Positions 1 through 6,558 are shown, counted from the stretch's first letter. The stretch is 32,000 nt of DNA from Candidatus Saccharimonadota bacterium (GCA_016700015.1 CP064995.1:720001-752000), one strand, 5' to 3'. Made by a program: numbers and translations. Notes: generated by a model not told the origin, from the letters alone.

Positions 1-230
1 TTTATATATTCAATGGCATCGGGAAAGGGCTCAACATCATCAAGTATCCCAGCACGTAGCAGTTCGTCGACGCGCCGCATTGCTTCCTCGGCTGTCGCCG
101 CACCCCAAGGATCATCATCAGCGTAGAGCGCCGAGAGCCCGACCGCAGTGCCGTATTCACGATTGTAGGCATCGATAATCAGATGACCAGACGGGATAAG
201 TGTATCGTCACAATCATGGGCTAGTACCAA
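1..230 (-). CDS. HAD-superfamily hydrolase, N-terminal part only (gene runs off the left edge)
   Basis: Not in the ORF track because it has no ATG. The minus-strand frame is open from 230 to position 1 and reads (L/M)VLAHDCDDTLIPSGHLIIDAYNREYG... DCDDT fits HAD motif I (DxDxT) placed at the extreme N-terminus. Start guessed as TTG at 230-228. No clear SD. Confidence 0.35.
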   Translation of the reverse strand, partial: MVLAHDCDDTLIPSGHLIIDAYNREYGTAVGLSALYADDDPWGAATAEEAMRRVDELLRAGILDDVEPFPDAIEYI

Positions 231-247
231 TGTTTCAAGCTTTTGTC

Positions 248-2059
248 TCACAGATTTTTGATATACTCGCCCAGATCATCGAACGATACTTTCTCCTCAC
301 CCTGCTGTGTGCGAACACTCACCTGACGTGCTTCCTTGTCTTTTGGTCCGATAATAAGCTGGACTGGGATTTTCATAGCAGCTGCCTCACGAATCTTCTT
401 ACCAAGGCTTTCATTTCGACCATCCGTTGTAAATCGTACTTCGTTGTATTTAAGTGGTTGCATTAGAACGACATCTGATAAAATCGATGTTATTTCATCA
501 ACATATTCTTTGACGGTGTCGTTAATGGTCAAAATACGGACTTGCTCCGGTGCAGCCCAGAACGGAAACCAGCCGCCCGTGTGCTCGATAAATACACTAA
601 GAAAACGCTCAATCGAGCCAAGGAGCGCACAGTGGATCATGACTGGCCGAGCCGCTTGCCCATCAGCATCGACATACTCAAGCCCAAATCGCTCCGGCTG
701 AACAAAATCGAGCTGTACCGTTGCGACTTGATGTTCGCGCCCAATGGCATCGGTAGCCATAAAATCAATCTTGGGCCCATAGAAGGCCGCTTCACCGTCT
801 TGCTCAAAGTAATCTAGCCCGTTTGCAGTAACCGCGTCTTTTAGTTGTCGCTGGGCAGACTCCCACAGCTCGCTTTCACCGAGATAGGCATCACCATCAT
901 CGCGGTAGCTTAGTCGCACCCTTAACTTCATGCCAAGCTGGCCATAAAGCTCACCCGCCGCAGCTAACAGTCCATTAACTTCATCATTAATCTGATCTTG
1001 ACGACAAAAAACATGACTATCATCTTGAGTAAGTGATCGGACTCGATTGAGTCCACCCAGCTCGCCGGTCTTTTCGTCTCGGTAATCAGTGGTGGTTTCA
1101 AGAAAACGTAGCGGCATATCACGATAGCTCCGCGGTCGCGAGGCAAAAATTTGTGTGTGATGTGGGCAGTTCATAGGTTTTAAAGCCATCTCATCGCTGG
1201 TTTCTTGGCTTTTGACTAGAAATAGCTCACCACCAAATTTTGCCCAGTGACCTGACTTTTCATATAGGTCTTTTTTAGTGATATGAGGTGTCCAAACTGC
1301 CTCAAAACCGCGAGATTTACGGAGTTGATTGGATAAGCCGGCGACTTTCTCGCGCAGAATCGTGCCGCGAGGGGTGAACAGCGGCAAACCAACCCCAACA
1401 AGCGGAGAAGTCGTATAGAGGTCAAGTTCGACTCCAAGTCTGCGGTGATCACGAGCTTTTGCTTCTTCGAGCATTTTAAGATGAGTATCGAGTTCTTCCT
1501 GGCCAGCGAACGCCACTCCATAGAGTCGCTGCATTTGCGGGTTGGTTTCTTTGCCTCGCCAGTAGGCACCAGCCACGCGCATAAGCTTGAAGACGCCTGC
1601 CTTGCCTGTACTTTCGACGTGAGGACCGCGACAAAGGTCGGTGAAATCACCATCGGTGTAAAATGACACATTCTCTACGGCTGCATAACCGTCGGCGATC
1701 GTACCCATTTCGGAAGCATCTAGGTCTTTAGCAACTGTTGTGCCGGCGCGTTTTAGGTCGTTAAGCAACTCCACCTTATATATTTGTTTGGCAGCTTCGG
1801 CCCAATGAATCGCCTCGTCGACTTGTTTTTCGCTGCGCTCAAATGGATAATTTTCGCCAATGACCTTGCGCATTTCAGCCTCAATTTTTGGGAAATCGTC
1901 CTCAGATATTTTTACTCCCGGTATATCGATATCATAATAAAAGCCATTCTCTACCACTGGGCCGACCCCAAAACGAGCTTCCGGCCATAAATGCTGCACC
2001 GCCTGTGCCATAATGTGGGCCAGGCTGTGTCGCATTTGGTGTAGCTGATCTTCATCCAT
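248..2059 (-). CDS. thrS: Threonine--tRNA ligase (ThrRS), short form lacking the N-terminal TGS domain
   Basis: 603-aa ORF. Starts directly at the editing-domain HxxxH region (HQMRHSLAHIMAQAV). Class II core strings are present (ALKPMNCPHH, RVRSLTQDDSHVF, FYGPKIDF), as is a C-terminal anticodon-binding domain (PEQVRILTINDT...). A-rich SD AAGGAAAAA lies before the ATG. Confidence 0.95.
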   Translation of the reverse strand: MDEDQLHQMRHSLAHIMAQAVQHLWPEARFGVGPVVENGFYYDIDIPGVKISEDDFPKIEAEMRKVIGENYPFERSEKQVDEAIHWAEAAKQIYKVELLNDLKRAGTTVAKDLDASEMGTIADGYAAVENVSFYTDGDFTDLCRGPHVESTGKAGVFKLMRVAGAYWRGKETNPQMQRLYGVAFAGQEELDTHLKMLEEAKARDHRRLGVELDLYTTSPLVGVGLPLFTPRGTILREKVAGLSNQLRKSRGFEAVWTPHITKKDLYEKSGHWAKFGGELFLVKSQETSDEMALKPMNCPHHTQIFASRPRSYRDMPLRFLETTTDYRDEKTGELGGLNRVRSLTQDDSHVFCRQDQINDEVNGLLAAAGELYGQLGMKLRVRLSYRDDGDAYLGESELWESAQRQLKDAVTANGLDYFEQDGEAAFYGPKIDFMATDAIGREHQVATVQLDFVQPERFGLEYVDADGQAARPVMIHCALLGSIERFLSVFIEHTGGWFPFWAAPEQVRILTINDTVKEYVDEITSILSDVVLMQPLKYNEVRFTTDGRNESLGKKIREAAAMKIPVQLIIGPKDKEARQVSVRTQQGEEKVSFDDLGEYIKNL

Positions 2060-2417
2060 GATTATTTTTCCTTTTCTTTAATTTGTCAGTCAGAGATACT
2101 ATCGCCAGAAAAACAGAACCAGCGACCAGCGAGTTGATAACCACGCCCATAGGGTAAATCCTAACCTCGTGGCATATGCTACAACCATGGTTGCTTGATG
2201 TGCGCGCGGGAAAACCAGTGTTGGTTACTGGGTCATATGCCGATGTACCTTTAGTGTACGATTCTGCTGAGCCTTGACCCGTGTTGATAGTAAATGAAAG
2301 AGGTGTTGAGAATGGAAAACGACTCACTACACCAGAACCTTCTGTGTAGAGTGGGTACTGGGTTGGAAGCAACAAAAAAATAGCGATTATTATAACCATA
2401 CTCAGCCTAGTAGGCAT
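2052..2417 (-). CDS. Hypothetical small membrane/secreted protein (121 aa), translationally coupled to thrS
   Basis: I moved the start to the internal ATG at 2417 because a strong SD AAAGGAGGTG lies 5 nt upstream. Hydrophobic N-terminus (MVIIIAIFLLL). C-terminal TM plus basic tail (VAGSVFLAIVSL..KLKKRK). The stop overlaps the thrS ATG by 8 nt. Confidence 0.5.
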   Translation of the reverse strand: MPTRLSMVIIIAIFLLLPTQYPLYTEGSGVVSRFPFSTPLSFTINTGQGSAESYTKGTSAYDPVTNTGFPARTSSNHGCSICHEVRIYPMGVVINSLVAGSVFLAIVSLTDKLKKRKNNHG

Positions 2418-2585
2418 ATACACCTCCTTTGCAGGGCAAAAGCAAACCATGCTCTGCATATACGCCTCGGGCCACAGTAGTAGCGGTTCCACCTTGGCTA
2501 TTCTCTTGTCCCAGACTGTTTACGTGCGTCTGCGGCCGCTGTCACGTGCTCCAGAGGTGGTTAGCCTCTCTCATTGCCTGTTGAT
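2418..2585 (-). promoter_or_regulatory. Putative T-box riboswitch leader with Thr (ACC) specifier
   Basis: The minus-strand RNA contains AAGGUGGAACCGCU (plus coords 2482-2495), matching 11 of 13 specified positions of the T-box core AGGGUGGNACCGCG. A hairpin AGAGG-CUAACCA-CCUCU (plus 2553-2569) exposes ACC followed by A. thrS lies downstream. No U-tract terminator was found. Confidence 0.45.
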
Positions 2586-2613
2586 ATAGTAGCAAACCCT
2601 CGCCCAATTGCAA
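2586..2613 (-). promoter_or_regulatory. Sigma70-like promoter for the T-box leader/small ORF/thrS unit
   Basis: Minus strand reads TTGCAA (2613-2608), 16-nt spacer, then TGcTACTAT (extended -10, hexamer 2591-2586). Confidence 0.4.
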
Positions 2614-2636
2614 ACCCCGCCCCTGTTTGCTATGAT
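2608..2636 (+). promoter_or_regulatory. Sigma70-like promoter for tRNA-Val
   Basis: TTGCAA (2608-2613), 17-nt spacer, TGcTATGAT (hexamer 2631-2636). The tRNA 5' end is 12 nt downstream. Confidence 0.5.
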
Positions 2637-2647
2637 ATGAAAAGTTT

Positions 2648-2724
2648 GGGCGATTAGCTCATTTGGCTAGAGCGTGGCATTGACGTTGCCAAGGTGATAG
2701 GTTCGAATCCTATATCGCCCACCA
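2648..2724 (+). tRNA. tRNA-Val (anticodon GAC), CCA encoded
   Basis: Hand-folded cloverleaf: acceptor GGGCGAT/ATCGCCC, D arm GCTC..GAGC, anticodon arm TGGCA-TTGACGT-TGCCA, T arm ATAGG-TTCGAAT-CCTAT, discriminator A, then CCA. Confidence 0.9.
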
Positions 2725-2727
2725 AAA

Positions 2728-2762
2728 GAAAATACCTACCCTTGTGGTGGGTATTTTCTTTT
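2728..2762 (+). terminator. Rho-independent terminator after tRNA-Val
   Basis: 13-bp stem GAAAATACCTACC / GGTGGGTATTTTC, loop CTTGT, followed by TTTTG. Confidence 0.8.
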
Positions 2763-2832
2763 GTGTCGCAGTATACGGATTTAAACCTAGCACGTACAAG
2801 CGAAGCGAGTTGTGATAGGTGTTTTTCTTTAT

Positions 2833-3369
2833 TTATACAGTTACTGCTAAAGCCGCTACTACAAAGCTGATATGTGACAAGAAAATATAGGTTATTTCAA
2901 AATATATGAAGTCTCGCCGACGCATCCAACCATACAATATAACCACGAGCATAATCCCACCGATGATAGCCTCGGCAAGTTGATATCGCGGCAATACTAT
3001 AGCAAATACACAAGTCGCCACAAGCATAAGAAATCCCATTAGATAAGCAATTATGCTATGCGCTAGCCTTTCGTATGATCGGCGAGGGGGTACAACTCCT
3101 ACGAGTAATTCCAGCTCAACAATCGTAATGAGTAGTAGTGTCACATATCCATTTCCAATACGCGGGCCGATATAATAGAGAGTCGATAGTGCAAATAACG
3201 GTCCACAAAGCCATAAGACCGTCCTAAAGTAGCGAAGATTCTTTTGAGTGGCAAGCTCACTCAGCGTAAGCCGCGACCCCTTTTCATGTTCGTCTAGCAC
3301 AAACTTTATCCAAAGGATCATGGAAAATATAGTACCGACAATCACTGGATACAGAGCCCAATTGTTCAT
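2833..3369 (-). CDS. Hypothetical polytopic membrane protein (178 aa)
   Basis: ORF with about 5-6 hydrophobic segments and no recognisable catalytic motif. An extended -10 TGaTATACT (hexamer 3382-3377) sits 7 nt before the ATG, suggesting a leaderless mRNA. Confidence 0.6.
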   Translation of the reverse strand: MNNWALYPVIVGTIFSMILWIKFVLDEHEKGSRLTLSELATQKNLRYFRTVLWLCGPLFALSTLYYIGPRIGNGYVTLLLITIVELELLVGVVPPRRSYERLAHSIIAYLMGFLMLVATCVFAIVLPRYQLAEAIIGGIMLVVILYGWMRRRDFIYFEITYIFLSHISFVVAALAVTV

Positions 3370-3485
3370 AGCCTATAGTATATCACCTCTGTTACGGTAA
3401 GTTTTCCAACTTTTTCCACATACCAATACTACACCAAACAGGATCGAATATTCATGTCACGATATATAACTGAAAGTACCTATGC

Positions 3486-3514
3486 TTGACAAAATATACC
3501 GCTTGTGCTACAAT
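3486..3514 (+). promoter_or_regulatory. Near-consensus sigma70 promoter
   Basis: TTGACA (3486-3491), 17-nt spacer, TGcTACAAT (hexamer 3509-3514). The ATG at 3521 lies 6 nt after the -10. Confidence 0.65.
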
Positions 3515-3520
3515 GTAAGT

Positions 3521-3646
3521 ATGAGTAAGAATACTACCCATACAACCACCACTAAGCCTTCTGCCCTCGACAGCTTCAGCCTGTCATTTGAATACGATAT
3601 GAGCTGGAGTGACGTCAAAAAGCACACCAAGGGTCGTACGCTCTAA
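3521..3646 (+). CDS. Leaderless 41-codon ORF with Thr run (MSKNTTHTTTTKPSALDSFSLSFEYDMSWSDVKKHTKGRTL); may instead be a small RNA
   Basis: Below the ORF-track size cutoff, so I translated it by hand. It is bracketed by the strong promoter (3486-3514) and an intrinsic terminator (3666-3695). No SD is present, and the ATG coincides with the expected transcription start. Confidence 0.4.
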   Translation: MSKNTTHTTTTKPSALDSFSLSFEYDMSWSDVKKHTKGRTL

Positions 3647-3665
3647 GTATAGGCACAAACCGAAA

Positions 3666-3695
3666 AATGCCCCTCAAACAAGGGGTATTTTGTTT
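3666..3695 (+). terminator. Rho-independent terminator of the mini-ORF transcript
   Basis: 9-bp stem AATGCCCCT / AGGGGTATT (one G-T pair), loop CAAACA, then TTGTTT. Confidence 0.65.
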
Positions 3696-3740
3696 CCCCA
3701 GCTGGTCGACTGTTATCCACTAGCATTTTCACTAGCGGTA

Positions 3741-3756
3741 TGACAATATATAGACA
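3741..3756 (+). promoter_or_regulatory. NrdR-box-like imperfect palindrome overlapping the nrdR-like start codon
   Basis: TGACAATATATAGACA. The central 11 nt ACAATATATAG match the core of the NrdR-box consensus as I recall it (acaCwAtATaTwGtgt). Only one box was found, not the usual tandem pair. Confidence 0.3.
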
Positions 3757-4319
3757 TGTTTTGTGTAAATTGTTTAACCCCTCATACTGATGTTGCGAAT
3801 TCTCGCCCTCACAAGCGTACCCCCACCGTCTGGCGACGACGCAGGTGCCCGCAGTGCCAGCACATTTTTTCGACAACAGAGATGCCTGAACCAACTTCAA
3901 ACCTGCAAATACACAATACCGCCACGGACGGCTCCGCCACATTTAACCCTGGCAGGCTGGTCATAAGTATCGCGAATGCCTTTCAGCATAACGAAGCAAA
4001 AGGAAAACAAGAAGCATGGGAGCTCATGCAGACCGTTACGGGAATTCTGGTGAGCGACTGCCGAAACGAGACAACGGTGCACGATATCGCTACTGTTACC
4101 CACCAAATATTGCAGAACTACGATAGCGCTGCTGCCATAAGCTATGCCTTGCAACACGGCCTACTAAAGGAGGTGCGTCGGCGCGGTAGACCAAGTGTTA
4201 GCGCTGCTTCTTCGCTAATTTCTCCCGCTTCGCCCGCTCCTGAGACGCAAGTGTCGCCTTTTCAGTCACATCGAACCGGTCGAGATACCTTCCGAACGCC
4301 AAATGAGTCTGGGCATTGA
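3756..4319 (+). CDS. nrdR: NrdR-family transcriptional regulator (zinc ribbon + ATP-cone-like) with ~50-aa low-complexity tail
   Basis: The N-terminus MFCVNCLTPHTDVANSRPHKRTPTVWRRRRCPQCQHIFSTTE matches the NrdR pattern CxxC..D(S)R....RRRR.C..C...F.T.E. It is followed by an ATP-cone-like segment (DGSATFNPGRLVISIANAF...). The last 122 nt overlap the convergent GT2 gene. Confidence 0.65.
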   Translation: MFCVNCLTPHTDVANSRPHKRTPTVWRRRRCPQCQHIFSTTEMPEPTSNLQIHNTATDGSATFNPGRLVISIANAFQHNEAKGKQEAWELMQTVTGILVSDCRNETTVHDIATVTHQILQNYDSAAAISYALQHGLLKEVRRRGRPSVSAASSLISPASPAPETQVSPFQSHRTGRDTFRTPNESGH

Positions 4320-5865
4320 ATGAAGCAATTGCGCTGTAGCACACTGATGTAATCGGCATAAGCAGCCACTGCAGCACCATACCAATCGTACGACGCCTTT
4401 TGTAGCGCTCGGGACGAGGGGGTAGCATCTTAAGCATGAGAAGAATAGTGATAAACAACCCAACCATCGCAACCTGCTGAATATAGCTGACCACGATGGG
4501 CAGTGAATGCGCCGTGATGTCCCGCTTTGACTGCGGATTAAGGAGAAGCGGTACCCACCCCCCAAAGGTGACGAGGATAGCAGTGGTAGCAAGGGTGACG
4601 TGGCTATCGACAAGCCTTACAAAACGCGCTAGGCCTTCGAAAAATGGCACATTGCGCGACTTCGTAAACAGCCGTACCGCTACATATGGGATATCGGACA
4701 CGCCATATCCCCAGCGACGCAACTGCTTGAACTGTGCGACGAGCGTTTTGCGTAGCGTATCCGCCATCACCGCGTCTTGGTACACGGGTACATGGATCGG
4801 GACAACGCTATAATTACCCGAGAAATAAAAATAACTGCGCCAAAACTGGTGTCCATCTTCGACAATACTTCGCCTACTCCAAAACCCCATTTCGACCAGC
4901 GCATCGAGTGGCTGGGAGTGTGCGGCAAAATTACGCAGTGTATGAGGACGCATACTGCTAATAATCGTCCAAAATGAATTACCAGTCGCGATCACACGCA
5001 TCGGCGCCGGTGCATCCCATATATTGCCAAAGTAGAGTGCGATCGGCTGGTAGGACACGTGCTTACGATCATCTTGCACGATGTATTCATAGGCAACGTA
5101 ATCGAAGTAGGTGGGGTGCGGGCGATTGTCACAGTCAAGAGTTGTGACTATTACCCTACTGTAGGATAGATGATGCTTGTCGCACCATTGACGAAGCCTG
5201 TGCCCGGCGTAGGTAATATTGGGCCCCTTACCACTCTGCAACTCATCGGGCAGCCCATCGGGGTGCTTAACGATCTCGAATGCTTCAAACTTGCCCGTGT
5301 ACTCGCGCTGCAGACGCCGTGCGGTCACCTCTATTCCTTCCCCACCCCGTTCTTCATAAGCCAAGAAGATAATCATGCGCGCGGCATCAGCACTTGAGGC
5401 TAGTACGGACTCGATTGTCGGCTGAATCACATCGTAGGCTTCGTTATAAGCAGCAATAATAATAGCGTGGTGGAGCGTCGAGGGCTTAGGATAACTGGAC
5501 GGATCGGCCGCCATAAGTCGTAAGTTGTCTTTATGCTCGCGGGACCCAAAAGCGCGTGAACTGGCACCATGAAGCCGATCATAGCTCTTAACAGGGGTCT
5601 CGAGATCACTGAGCCTTTCATGCCAATCCACCTTTTGAGCGCGTGACAGCTGCGAGTGTCCAACAATTGTATGGTACGATATGCCAATCGATTTGATGAA
5701 AAACGTCATGATAATAAGCAGCAGGTAGATAGCAGCGGCAAACGGAGACGTTATTGATAACACAATCAATAGTAGTATCATGCCATAGCTGACAATTGCG
5801 GGAAGAATCTCGAACAAACGATACAATTTACTACGTCGAGTTAGTGGAAGTTCGAGGTCAATCAT
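4198..5865 (-). CDS. Membrane-embedded family-2 glycosyltransferase, processive-synthase type
   Basis: 555 aa. GT-A strings AIIIAAYNEAYDVIQPTIESV and TTLDCDN, plus a QxxRW motif (QFKQLRRWGYG). Two N-terminal and several C-terminal TM segments. Confidence 0.8.
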   Translation of the reverse strand: MIDLELPLTRRSKLYRLFEILPAIVSYGMILLLIVLSITSPFAAAIYLLLIIMTFFIKSIGISYHTIVGHSQLSRAQKVDWHERLSDLETPVKSYDRLHGASSRAFGSREHKDNLRLMAADPSSYPKPSTLHHAIIIAAYNEAYDVIQPTIESVLASSADAARMIIFLAYEERGGEGIEVTARRLQREYTGKFEAFEIVKHPDGLPDELQSGKGPNITYAGHRLRQWCDKHHLSYSRVIVTTLDCDNRPHPTYFDYVAYEYIVQDDRKHVSYQPIALYFGNIWDAPAPMRVIATGNSFWTIISSMRPHTLRNFAAHSQPLDALVEMGFWSRRSIVEDGHQFWRSYFYFSGNYSVVPIHVPVYQDAVMADTLRKTLVAQFKQLRRWGYGVSDIPYVAVRLFTKSRNVPFFEGLARFVRLVDSHVTLATTAILVTFGGWVPLLLNPQSKRDITAHSLPIVVSYIQQVAMVGLFITILLMLKMLPPRPERYKRRRTIGMVLQWLLMPITSVCYSAIASFNAQTHLAFGRYLDRFDVTEKATLASQERAKREKLAKKQR

Positions 5866-6242
5866 GAACTATGGCCTAGCTGCATGACCGCAAGCGCATA
5901 CGATGCCGCGATGCAAAGCATCACGATACCTATCCAACCGATGATCTGGGCAGTTTGGCGTCGTTCCATATTGTGTAGTTTTACCATGAGTCCAAGGTGG
6001 CCCGCTACAACAACAATACCAAAAAGCACAAACGTCAGCAGATACTGCCAGTGAGATTTGTAAAAATGCGCCTCACCAAAGGCGGTATAGCGAGAATAAA
6101 CAGTCACGTCGCTCGAGCGAATATTGAGGCCGACAACGAATAGATAGATAATACCTGTCAGCACCAGAGTCGCCGAGAGCAGCAAAAAAGGCCGGTCGAG
6201 CAGCACGCGTTTGATGGTTATTTTGAAATTTGACTGTTCCAT
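5862..6242 (-). CDS. Hypothetical 4-TM membrane protein, ATGA-coupled to the GT2 synthase
   Basis: 126-aa ORF with four hydrophobic segments. Its TGA overlaps the GT2 ATG (ATGA at 5862-5865). Confidence 0.6.
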   Translation of the reverse strand: MEQSNFKITIKRVLLDRPFLLLSATLVLTGIIYLFVVGLNIRSSDVTVYSRYTAFGEAHFYKSHWQYLLTFVLFGIVVVAGHLGLMVKLHNMERRQTAQIIGWIGIVMLCIAASYALAVMQLGHSS

Positions 6243-6255
6243 AGTGTCATATAAT

Positions 6256-6331
6256 TGGAGCCGCTGACCGGGATTGAACCGGTGACCTACGCTTTACGAA
6301 AGCGCCGCTCTACCAGCTGAGCTACAGCGGC
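6256..6331 (-). tRNA. tRNA-Thr (anticodon CGT), CCA encoded, discriminator U
   Basis: Hand-folded: acceptor GCCGCTG/CAGCGGC, D arm GCTC..GAGC, anticodon arm GCGCT-TTCGTAA-AGCGT, T arm ACCGG-TTCAATC-CCGGT. An extended -10 TGgTATAAT (hexamer 6352-6347) lies upstream. Confidence 0.9.
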
Positions 6332-6389
6332 ACAGTACCCTGACACATTATACCACTGGCGATAGATAAAATAAATTGTCGGAGCAGTG

Positions 6390-6418
6390 TTGATTATAGG
6401 GGTGAAAACTGCTATGAT
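6390..6418 (+). promoter_or_regulatory. Sigma70-like promoter for tRNA-Asp
   Basis: TTGATT (6390-6395), 17-nt spacer, TGcTATGAT (hexamer 6413-6418). Confidence 0.5.
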
Positions 6419-6433
6419 ACGTGAGAACAACAT

Positions 6434-6511
6434 GCGCTCGTAGTGAAGCTGGTCTATCACGCCTCCCTGTCACGGAGGAGATCGCCGGTTCGAATCCGGT
6501 CGGGCGCGCCA
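6434..6511 (+). tRNA. tRNA-Asp (anticodon GTC), CCA encoded
   Basis: Hand-folded: acceptor GCGCTCG/CGGGCGC, D arm GTGA..TCAC, anticodon arm CCTCC-CTGTCAC-GGAGG, T arm GCCGG-TTCGAAT-CCGGT. Confidence 0.9.
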
Positions 6512-6549
6512 AAGTAAAATACCTATCACAATGATAGGTATTTTACTTT
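6511..6549. terminator. Bidirectional intrinsic terminator (tRNA-Asp on plus, zinc-ribbon/sodA unit on minus)
   Basis: Perfect 18-bp stem AAAGTAAAATACCTATCA / TGATAGGTATTTTACTTT with loop CAA. The A/T runs give a U-tract in both orientations. Confidence 0.8.
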
Positions 6550-6558
6550 AATATCCTG

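Noticed and set aside
336-701. Numerous 60-150 aa ORFs antisense to, or out of frame with, long well-supported CDSs (for example 336-701, 1216-1671, 4266-4613, 5427-5687, 8094-8330, 16720-17169, 18317-18622, 22773-23159, 26576-26878).
   Set aside because: Each lies entirely inside a longer ORF with clear family motifs. They have no SD or promoter and low-complexity or odd composition, so I treat them as shadow ORFs.
2431-2457. Hairpin GCAGAGCA/UGCCCUGC downstream of the T-box core, as a classical intrinsic terminator.
   Set aside because: It has an A-C mismatch and an 11-nt loop, and is followed by AAAGGAGG rather than a U-tract. It does not obviously compete with the T-box helix, so the mechanism is left open. 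I also noticed a long-range pairing of the SD with CACCUCU of the specifier hairpin, but SD/anti-SD-like strings pair trivially.
3643-3942. 99-aa minus-strand ORF spanning the mini-ORF terminator and the nrdR-like start.
   Set aside because: It overlaps an intrinsic terminator hairpin and the N-terminus of a recognisable NrdR-type gene. It has no start context.
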